From Dehalococcoidia bacterium (GTDB lineage Bacteria; Chloroflexota; Dehalococcoidia; Lucifugimonadales; UBA3495), in the NCBI GenBank assembly GCA_965242615.1, contig CBDESR010000005.1, positions 646,854 to 710,853 of the forward strand: 64,000 nucleotides of DNA, written 5' to 3'. The notes under the pieces were generated by a model, which saw nothing but the letters and a program-made list of their open reading frames with translations, was not told the DNA's origin and searched no databases. The position numbers and the translations under genes are program-made. Each line of letters opens with the position of its first letter. Position 1 is the first letter of the stretch. This document shows, piece after piece, positions 8,149 through 15,723 of this stretch.

Positions 8149-9879
8149 GTGCCTACTTTGGAGTTTAAGGGCAAGCAGCATATTTACGCCCACCATTTGA
8201 CGGTGCCTTTCCGGCCTTTAGTGGCGAATCCGGGGAAAAGCGTACTCAAAGGAGTACGCTTTTCCCCGGATTCGCCACTGGGCGTTGATAAGAACTCTTG
8301 TTCTTATTTTCTTTCGGATGATAACCTTATCATCCACGGCGACAACTTGTATGCCCTCAAAGCCTTGTTGCCCCGCTACGCCGGCCGGGTCAAGTGCATC
8401 TACATCGACCCGCCCTATAACACCGGCAGCCAAGCCTGGGTGTTCAACGACAAGGTCAACAGTCCATTGATGCAGGCGTGGCTGAAGTCGGAAGTTGACA
8501 TCGAGGACTTGGAGCGGCATGACAAGTGGCTCTGTATGATGTGGCCCCGGCTGCATCTGCTGCGGGAACTGCTGGCCGATGACGGGGCAATCTTTGTGTC
8601 CATCGACGACCACGAGCAGTGGCGGCTCTTGGCACTTATGGAGGAAATCTTTGGCGAGCAGAACTTCATTGCCACTTTGTCATTCGTTCAGAATCTCGGT
8701 GCTTACGCCGGGAAATGGCTGAGCGAAGTTACTGAGTATATCCAAGTATTCGCCAAAGATTACGAAACTGTTCGCTTTGCGCCCATACGGACGGACGAGG
8801 ATCCGGCAACGGAGTGGGACACGGACGACATAGGACCTTATCGTGAGGGCAGCGAACTGCTCAAGCGTGGCGAGGGGGCGGCGCGAACAGACCGGCCGAA
8901 TATGCACTTTCCCGTATTCGTAGGGGTAAATGGCGCAATTCACTTGGAAAAAACTGCGCCGAGTGATTCTGAGATTATCCCTATGCAACGCGATGGCACG
9001 GAAGGTCGCTGGATGTGGTCGAAAGAGCGACTTTCCAATAATCTGACCGAAGTAATCGCCAAGAAAAAGCGCGATGGCAGCTATACACTGGTAACAAAAA
9101 TGCGTCCGAACTTGGGCGATTCGTTTGCCAAAAAGCCCAGGACTCTTTGGTACAAACCCCAATACTCCACTCCCACCGGCACGAATATAGTAAAGACTGT
9201 TTTTGACGGCCAACGGGCTTTTGACTTTGCCAAGTCACCTTACCTCATCGCCGACCTGTTGCGTTTTGCCAATGTCGGCCCCCACGACATCGTCCTCGAC
9301 TCCTTTGCCGGCTCCGGCACTACCGCCCACGCTGTCCTGTCCTTGAATAAAGAGGATGGCGGCAATCGGAAGTTTATCCTGGTGGAGGGCGAGGATTACG
9401 CCGACACCATTACCGCCGAGCGGGTGCGGCGGGTGATTAACGGCGTTCCCACGGCCCGGGATAAAACCTTGCAAGCCGGCTTGGGCGGCGGCTTTACCTA
9501 CTGCACCCTGGGGGAGCCTATTGACCCGGAGGGGATGCTGACTGGGGAAAACCTGCCGGAATGGTCGGCATTGGCGGCGTATCTGCTGCATACGGCATCG
9601 GGACTGGCCGCCGCCGGGGAACTGACGCCGCAGGATGATAACGGTCTGTTCTATGAAACGGATACGGCCGCCTACTATCTGCTGTACCAGCCGGAAATTG
9701 AATGGCTGCGGAGTCCGGCGGCGGTATTGACTGCGGAGCAAGCCCAAGCCATTCCGGGCCGGGGCAAAAAGGCGTATGTGTTCGCCGCCGACAAGTATAT
9801 CGGGCAGCGGACGCTAACGGACCTGAACATCACCTTTTGCCAGATACCCTACGAACTGCATCGGCGGGGGTGGCAGTGA
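8149..9879 (+). CDS. mod: Type III restriction-modification Mod subunit (beta-class N6-adenine DNA methyltransferase)
   Basis: GGAGG (8137-8141) sits 7 nt before an in-frame GTG at 8149; a longer ORF from ATG 8116 is possible. The N-terminus PTLEFKGKQ is typical of Type III Mod. Motif IV DPPY (IYIDPPYNTGS) precedes motif I FAGSGTT. The central region is AT-richer. The stop overlaps the res start. Confidence 0.85.
   Translation: MPTLEFKGKQHIYAHHLTVPFRPLVANPGKSVLKGVRFSPDSPLGVDKNSCSYFLSDDNLIIHGDNLYALKALLPRYAGRVKCIYIDPPYNTGSQAWVFNDKVNSPLMQAWLKSEVDIEDLERHDKWLCMMWPRLHLLRELLADDGAIFVSIDDHEQWRLLALMEEIFGEQNFIATLSFVQNLGAYAGKWLSEVTEYIQVFAKDYETVRFAPIRTDEDPATEWDTDDIGPYREGSELLKRGEGAARTDRPNMHFPVFVGVNGAIHLEKTAPSDSEIIPMQRDGTEGRWMWSKERLSNNLTEVIAKKKRDGSYTLVTKMRPNLGDSFAKKPRTLWYKPQYSTPTGTNIVKTVFDGQRAFDFAKSPYLIADLLRFANVGPHDIVLDSFAGSGTTAHAVLSLNKEDGGNRKFILVEGEDYADTITAERVRRVINGVPTARDKTLQAGLGGGFTYCTLGEPIDPEGMLTGENLPEWSALAAYLLHTASGLAAAGELTPQDDNGLFYETDTAAYYLLYQPEIEWLRSPAAVLTAEQAQAIPGRGKKAYVFAADKYIGQRTLTDLNITFCQIPYELHRRGWQ
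8220..8279. repeat. Perfect palindrome (28-bp arms, 4-nt loop) inside the mod coding sequence
   Basis: 8220-8247 AGTGGCGAATCCGGGGAAAAGCGTACTC is the exact reverse complement of 8252-8279. The loop is AAAG. It encodes VANPGKSVLKGVRFSPDSPL. Confidence 0.95.
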
Positions 9880-12446
9880 TGGAGTTAAAGGAGTATCAGA
9901 CCCGCGCCCTGGATGCCTTTGTCCGTTGGCGGGAGGCTTTGGCGACGGCGCAGCTCAAGGCGGCAACGGCTATCGCCGCCCTGGAAAGCGTTGGCGCGGA
10001 TATTCCCCCGGAAGTGGGCAACTATCCCCGGCAAGCCTGGCAGCAGTTGGCGGCCGCCGGGGAAGTGGCGTATCCGCAGCGGGGATATGTGCACCGGGAT
10101 GCGGCCGCCGGCTACGCCATTCCCCACATCTGCTTTAAGGTGCCGACCGGCGGGGGCAAGACGCTGCTGGCGGCGGCCGCGCTGGAACGGCTGAACCGGC
10201 CGGCCGGCTTGACTTTGTGGATGGTGCCGACCAATGCCATCTATCAGCAGACCAAAGCGGCGTTGTGGAACAAGGAACATCCCTACCGGCAAATGCTGGA
10301 AAAGGCCAGCGGCGGGAAGGTCAAGCTGCTGGAAAAGGACGACCTCTTTACCAAGGCTGATTTGACGCATTATCTCTGCGTAATGCTGATTTCCTTGCAG
10401 GCGGCCAACAATACCAAAAACAAGGATTTTCTGCGGATGTTCCGGGACAGCGGCCGCTATCCCACCCTGTTCCCGGACAGCGATGACGCTTTGGGCGATG
10501 GGCGGCTGCTGGAAAAGTATCCCGACTTGGAGCGGGAAGGGACTGACGGGCCGGTGAAGCACAGCCTGGTCAACATTTTCAAGATGCGGCGGCCGGTCAT
10601 TGTGCTGGACGAAGCCCATAAAGCCTACGGGCAGCAGGAAAAGGGCAGCGAGCAGTTCGTGGCCGCTATCAACCGCCTGGATCCGGGACTGGTCATTGAA
10701 CTGTCGGCGACGCCCAGTGCTAACCGCAGCAATCTGCTGGTGGACATTTCCGGTCCGGACTTGAAAAAAGAGGAGATGATTAAACTGCCGGTGCAGGTAT
10801 TGCCTTACCGCAATACCCAGTGGCAATACACTTTGGGCGACGCGCAAGCCCAACAGGAGCTGCTGGAGGAGTCGGCAAAAACCTTTCAGCACAACAGCGG
10901 CCGCTACATCCGCCCCATCGCCGTGGTGCGGGTGGAACGCACCGGCAAGGAGCAGCGGGTGCCGGATTTTATTCACGCCGAGGATGTGCGGGAACAGCTG
11001 ATTGGCTTGGGGGTGCCGGCGGATAACATCGCGGTGCAGAGCAGCGAAGTCAAGGAATTGGACAAGGTGGATTTGCTGTCGGAACTTTGCCCGGTGCGCT
11101 GGATAATCACCAAGGCGGCGCTGATGGAGGGCTGGGACTGCCCCTTTGCCTATCTGCTGGTGATGCTGGACAATACCCGGGCCAAGACGGCGATAACCCA
11201 GCTGGTGGGCCGGGTGATGCGGCAGCCGCAGGCCCGGCAAACCGGCCAGGAATCCCTCGACCAGTGCTATGTCTATTGCCAGGATACCGAGGTCAACGCC
11301 GCGGTGCAGTATGTGAAGGATGGGCTGGAGCGGGAAGGGATGACCGGGCTGGATGATGAGGTGCGGAGCGGGCCGGCGGTCAACCTGAAAACGGTTGCCG
11401 TGCAGCGGCGGGAAAAATTCCGGGGCGTGGAGTTGTTTCTGCCCCGGGTGCTGCATCAGCAAGGCGCCGGGGATTGGGAGGAACTGGATTATCAGCGGCA
11501 CATTCTGCCGGGGATTGATTGGGACGCCATTCACGGCGGGGAGTGGCAGACCGGCACGGATGGCGCGCCCCGGGTGTCCCCGGCGGTCGTGGATTTGGAT
11601 GAGTCTGGCCCGGCGGCGGTGTTTGTCAGTCCGCAGGAGCTGCACATCGACACCAGCGTCAAAATCGCCTGGTACGCCCGCCGCCTGTCCGATGTGCTGA
11701 CCAATCCCTGGCAGGCGGCCCGGGTCGCCGGGGAGATGATTGACCGGATGCGGGCCGAGGGGTGGGATGAGGCCGCCATCTACCAGCAGCGTTCCGCATT
11801 AGCCGGCCATCTGCGGGATACGGCAATTTGCCAAATCGAGAAACAGGCGGAACAGGTTTTTACGAATAAACTGGCAGCCGGGGCGATTCGCTTTGACCTG
11901 GAGACCGGCGACCGCAACTATCGGCTGCTCGACCGTTACGAAATGCCGGTAGCCGAAACTGATATTCTGCTAATGCGTTACGGCCAGTCGGTGCAGTTCA
12001 GCCTGTTCGAGCCGGTGTTCGCCCGGGACTTTAACGACCTGGAACGGCGCTTCGCCTTTTATCTGGACGAACAGAAAGCCTTGCAGTGGTGGCACCGTAT
12101 CGCCGCCCGGCAGCAAGGAGAATACTATTTGCGCGGCTGGCGGCGGGAACGGATTTGGCCCGACTTTGTGGCTATGGCCGGGTCAACCTACGGCCAGCCC
12201 AGCGTTCTGGTCTTTGAGACCAAGGGGGAACACCTGAAAGGCAATGATGACACCGAGTATAAAAGGAAGGTGTTTGCCCTGTTGGAGCAAACCTTTAACG
12301 GCGGGCCGCTGCCGCCCGGCGGCACGATGACCATTCGGGATGGCCCGGCTAAAGGGGTGTTCCGGCTGGTTTTTGACCGGGACGGTTTCCCGGAAACCAG
12401 CGCCATCCTGAATAATCTGGCCGGAACCGGCAATCCCAACAGTTAG
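9879..12446 (+). CDS. res: Type III restriction enzyme Res subunit (SF2 helicase + PD-ExK nuclease)
   Basis: ATG at 9879 overlaps the mod TGA (GTGATGG). Helicase motifs: I PTGGGKT, II DEAH (VLDEAHK), III SATP, VI QLVGRVMRQ. C-terminal nuclease block WPDFV..VLVFETKGE. Confidence 0.85.
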   Translation: MELKEYQTRALDAFVRWREALATAQLKAATAIAALESVGADIPPEVGNYPRQAWQQLAAAGEVAYPQRGYVHRDAAAGYAIPHICFKVPTGGGKTLLAAAALERLNRPAGLTLWMVPTNAIYQQTKAALWNKEHPYRQMLEKASGGKVKLLEKDDLFTKADLTHYLCVMLISLQAANNTKNKDFLRMFRDSGRYPTLFPDSDDALGDGRLLEKYPDLEREGTDGPVKHSLVNIFKMRRPVIVLDEAHKAYGQQEKGSEQFVAAINRLDPGLVIELSATPSANRSNLLVDISGPDLKKEEMIKLPVQVLPYRNTQWQYTLGDAQAQQELLEESAKTFQHNSGRYIRPIAVVRVERTGKEQRVPDFIHAEDVREQLIGLGVPADNIAVQSSEVKELDKVDLLSELCPVRWIITKAALMEGWDCPFAYLLVMLDNTRAKTAITQLVGRVMRQPQARQTGQESLDQCYVYCQDTEVNAAVQYVKDGLEREGMTGLDDEVRSGPAVNLKTVAVQRREKFRGVELFLPRVLHQQGAGDWEELDYQRHILPGIDWDAIHGGEWQTGTDGAPRVSPAVVDLDESGPAAVFVSPQELHIDTSVKIAWYARRLSDVLTNPWQAARVAGEMIDRMRAEGWDEAAIYQQRSALAGHLRDTAICQIEKQAEQVFTNKLAAGAIRFDLETGDRNYRLLDRYEMPVAETDILLMRYGQSVQFSLFEPVFARDFNDLERRFAFYLDEQKALQWWHRIAARQQGEYYLRGWRRERIWPDFVAMAGSTYGQPSVLVFETKGEHLKGNDDTEYKRKVFALLEQTFNGGPLPPGGTMTIRDGPAKGVFRLVFDRDGFPETSAILNNLAGTGNPNS

Positions 12447-12525
12447 TCACCACTCCCGCCCAAAATGTGCTATCATTCCCCCCGGCAACACCCAATCACC
12501 AACACCTGAAGGGGGCAACTTAACT

Positions 12526-13359
12526 ATGGCGCGGCTTTTACGGCGGCGGGGTTCCGGAGTAGCAGTAGTCGAACTGCACGGCGTTATCGGCACCCGCCTG
12601 CGCGAGTCGGTCTATGCCCGGCTCTTTTCCGACCTGGCGGCCAACCAACGCTACAAAGCCGTCCTCCTCGACATCGAATCGCCCGGCGGCGGCGCCGCCG
12701 GCTCCGAACTCCTCTACTTCAGCCTCTGCCGCGTCGCCGCCCGCAAGCCGGTCGTCGCCTACATCCGCAATCTCGGCGCCTCCGGCGGCTACTACCTGGC
12801 CTGCGCCGCCCACCAAATCACCGCCCTGCCCACCGCCATGGTCGGCTCCATCGGCGTCATCTACCTGCGCCCCATCCTCGAACAGCTCCTCGGCCGCGCC
12901 GGCGTCGAGTTCTCCGTGTTCAAGGGCGGCCGTCTCAAGGATATGAGCGGGTTCTGGCGGCATCCCACGGACGAGGAAACCGCCAAACTCGACGGGCTGA
13001 TTAACGAGATTTACGAGAACTTCGTCGCCGTTGTCGCCCGCGGCCGCAAAATGGAGCCGGCCCAAGCCCTCGAACTGGCAACCGGCGAGCTGTTCACCGC
13101 CCAGCAGGGCAAAGGGCTGGGACTGGTGGACGAACTCCTCGACTTTGACGCATCCCTGGCCTTGGCCGCCCAGCTCGGCGATACCCGCCCGCGCCCCAAA
13201 TACCTGCGCCCCAAGCGCACTATGTCCGAGAAACTGCTGGGCCGCCCCGGCAGCCAAGCCGGCTTGGGCTTGAACCTGCTCACCCCGGAAGTGCAGCGGC
13301 TGCTGGCGGGCGGCCTGTATTACCTGGAACCGTCGGCCCTGCTGGGCGGCGGCGACTGA
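12526..13359 (+). CDS. sppA: Signal peptide peptidase SppA, 36K type (S49 family)
   Basis: VVELHGVIG.., AVLLDIESPGGGAAGS, KPVVAYIRNLGASGGYYLA, AMVGSIGV. Confidence 0.8.
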   Translation: MARLLRRRGSGVAVVELHGVIGTRLRESVYARLFSDLAANQRYKAVLLDIESPGGGAAGSELLYFSLCRVAARKPVVAYIRNLGASGGYYLACAAHQITALPTAMVGSIGVIYLRPILEQLLGRAGVEFSVFKGGRLKDMSGFWRHPTDEETAKLDGLINEIYENFVAVVARGRKMEPAQALELATGELFTAQQGKGLGLVDELLDFDASLALAAQLGDTRPRPKYLRPKRTMSEKLLGRPGSQAGLGLNLLTPEVQRLLAGGLYYLEPSALLGGGD

Positions 13360-13371
13360 CCATTAAACCCC

Positions 13372-13557
13372 TTATTCCCCTACCGCCAACTCCACCGACC
13401 AGGCCGGCGGTTCGCCGCTGACGAATTGGCCGGTTCTAATGACGGCTATGGGGTAATCGGGCAATGCGACGGTCGCCATACACTTGCCATCGAAGTAAGC
13501 CCCGCGCCCGGCAAAAGCAAAATCCCGGTTGTCCATCCCATACTCCCGCCGCTCCGC
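13372..13557 (-). pseudogene. Relic of a GT39-like gene 3' end (last ~60 codons of the C-terminal repeat domain)
   Basis: About 186 bp closely match 15724-15909. Minus-strand translation is ..RAERREYGMDNRDFAFAGRG...PDYPIA...SGEPPAWSVELAVGE*. A stop lies immediately upstream, so no full gene is present. Confidence 0.75.
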
Positions 13558-13560
13558 CCG

Positions 13561-14703
13561 CTAATCCTCTTTGACCGCCGGGATTACTTTCGTCCCCAGC
13601 AGTTCCACCGAGCGCATCACATCCTCGTGCGCCATATTGCCCTCGTTGCCGTAAATCAGCATATAGCCCGGCTCCAGGGTCTGCTTGATATAGCGCAGTT
13701 TCTTGATGACCGTTTCCGGGCTGCCCACGATGATGTTATGGGCGTCTTGCAGTTCCTCGTAGCTCATCCGCCGGCCCACGGTGCCGGTGCCAATAGTCGG
13801 GCGGGACATTTTGATCCGCAGGGCTTCCCGGGACTGGTAGCCCGGCGGGTCGTTGAACTCCACCGGCCCCCGCTGACGGTGCGATTCCGTCCACAGGAAA
13901 GTGCGCCCCACTTCCTGCGCCTTTTCGTCGGTGTCCGCGACCAGGCAGCGGATCAGGTAGCCGAAATGCTCCGGCCCCGGCTCATATCCTTCCTCTCGGG
14001 CGGTCTCAAAGTAGATGTCTTTGAGCTGCTTGGTCAAATCCAGCAGCGAACCCAGGTTCATATAAGGATACTGCCGCTTGGCCGCCCAGATGACGCTTTC
14101 CGGGCTGCCGGTGCCGGGAAACCACACCGCCGGATGCGGCTTCTGCATCGGCACTACCCAAGGATTGACCATCCGGTGCGGGAAATAGCGGCCCTCCCAG
14201 CGGAAGGGGCCGGGCGTAGTCCAGCACTTGACAATCAAATCGTGGGCTTCCTCGAAGCGGTCGCGGTTTTCGGTGGGGCTGATGCCGGCGTGCAGGGTTT
14301 CCACGGCAGTGCCGCGCACAAAGCCGGAAATGATGCGGCCGCCGGAAATGCAGTCCAGCATCGCGATTTCCTCGGCCATTTTTACCGGGTCGCTGAGGGC
14401 GATGACATTGCCGAGCATCGCGATTTTCACCCGACTGGTGACTTTGGCGATAACGGCGGCGTCCACATTGACCGAGGGTTTCATACACCAGTACGAGGAA
14501 TGGTGTTCGTTGGACATAATGCCGTCAAAGCCGGCTTCGTCGGCCAGGGCGTACTGGTCGTGGTAGTTGCTGTAGAGGATATGGGCCTTTTCCGGGTCGA
14601 AGTAGGTATTGGGGAAGTGCATCCGCCCCGACTCGTACTGCGCCAGGTCGGTGTCGGTTACATGGCCGTAGGGCTGTTCCGAGAACCAGAATACTTCCGT
14701 CAT
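13561..14703 (-). CDS. LLM-class (luciferase-like) flavin-dependent oxidoreductase
   Basis: MTEVFWFSEQPYGHV.., FDGIMSNEHHSSYW.., KIAMLGNVIALSDPVKMAEEIAMLD fit the bacterial luciferase-like monooxygenase pattern. Confidence 0.75.
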   Translation of the reverse strand: MTEVFWFSEQPYGHVTDTDLAQYESGRMHFPNTYFDPEKAHILYSNYHDQYALADEAGFDGIMSNEHHSSYWCMKPSVNVDAAVIAKVTSRVKIAMLGNVIALSDPVKMAEEIAMLDCISGGRIISGFVRGTAVETLHAGISPTENRDRFEEAHDLIVKCWTTPGPFRWEGRYFPHRMVNPWVVPMQKPHPAVWFPGTGSPESVIWAAKRQYPYMNLGSLLDLTKQLKDIYFETAREEGYEPGPEHFGYLIRCLVADTDEKAQEVGRTFLWTESHRQRGPVEFNDPPGYQSREALRIKMSRPTIGTGTVGRRMSYEELQDAHNIIVGSPETVIKKLRYIKQTLEPGYMLIYGNEGNMAHEDVMRSVELLGTKVIPAVKED

Positions 14704-14777
14704 CTGACTAACTCCTTTCCGCCGGTTTTTGCGCCGCCGCGTGCCGTAGATTACCCGCCAGGCTTTCGGTTCACTGA

Positions 14778-15581
14778 TTAAACGCCGGCCAGGAAACCGC
14801 GCACTGCCGCCAGAAACTCGGCCGGCTTTTCCAGGGCCGGGGAATGGCCGCAGTGGTCGATGATTTCCAGCCGGGCATTAGGCAAGGCGGCCTGATACAG
14901 TTCGCCGCACTCTACCGGGATGATGGCATCCTGCCGCCCCCAAACCAGCAGCGTCGGCGTAGCCACCGCCGGCAGGTAGTAGGGCAGGCTGGGATTGTGC
15001 AGGTAGGGACGCCAGCAGAGGCGGGATGCCATTTCCTGATTGGAATGGGCGACCAGCTGCTCCTCCGGCGTCAACTCTCGCTGGTACTGCTCGGCGTTGG
15101 GTACTTGGGAAATGTCGTAAAACCGCTGCTGCGCCCGGGTCTGCGCCGACACCATAAAGATTTCGGCGATTTCCCCCTGCTCCGGTTTGATGCCGGCCGC
15201 GCCAACCAGAATTAACGCCTTGAGCCGGTAGCGGCAGCGGGACGCCATTTCCGCCGCGACCCAGCCGCCCATCGAGGAACCCATCAGGATATAGTCGTCC
15301 AATCCCAAAGCCTCGACCAGCATCTGGTTGAACTGGCAGACATCGCCGATGGTATAAACCCAATCGGGCCGCTCCGTGCCGTTAAAGCCGGGCTGAGAGG
15401 GTACATAGACGGTATAGGATTGGGCCAGTTCCTGATGCCAGGGCTGCCAGCCGGCATTGCCGCCGGCGCCGTGCAGGAACAGCAGGGGCGGCCCGCTGCC
15501 GCCGGAAAAGATTTCTACGGAAACGCCGGCCACTTCAATAGCGGTTGCTGCCGACGGCGCCGCCGTTGCGGTCAAAGTCAT
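14778..15581 (-). CDS. Alpha/beta-fold hydrolase
   Basis: AAGGAG sits 7 nt before ATG 15581. Oxyanion region LLFLHGAGG and nucleophile elbow GSSMGG are present, with a C-terminal DHCGHSP histidine motif. Confidence 0.8.
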   Translation of the reverse strand: MTLTATAAPSAATAIEVAGVSVEIFSGGSGPPLLFLHGAGGNAGWQPWHQELAQSYTVYVPSQPGFNGTERPDWVYTIGDVCQFNQMLVEALGLDDYILMGSSMGGWVAAEMASRCRYRLKALILVGAAGIKPEQGEIAEIFMVSAQTRAQQRFYDISQVPNAEQYQRELTPEEQLVAHSNQEMASRLCWRPYLHNPSLPYYLPAVATPTLLVWGRQDAIIPVECGELYQAALPNARLEIIDHCGHSPALEKPAEFLAAVRGFLAGV

Positions 15582-15627
15582 ACGCCGACTCCTTGCCCGG
15601 TGCGGATAGGGGAATGCTGTTGGGCGT

Positions 15628-15656
15628 ATTGTGCAGCAAGTCGCAGTTATTGTCAA
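15628..15656 (-). promoter_or_regulatory. Sigma70-like promoter for the hydrolase-LLM operon
   Basis: On the minus strand: TTGACA, 17-nt spacer, CACAAT. Confidence 0.45.
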
Positions 15657-15723
15657 GTTGCCGCTATTCCGGCGACAACGGCAATTCAATGCCGCCCGCA
15701 AGTATCGGCAGCGCCCGGTTGCC

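Noticed and set aside
489-12446. BREX or DISARM system (large MTase + helicase in a defence island)
   Set aside because: The required partner genes (PglZ, BrxC, BrxL; or DrmA, DrmB with DUF1998, DrmC) are absent. The helicase and MTase are fused with an Mrr nuclease, which fits Type ISP better.
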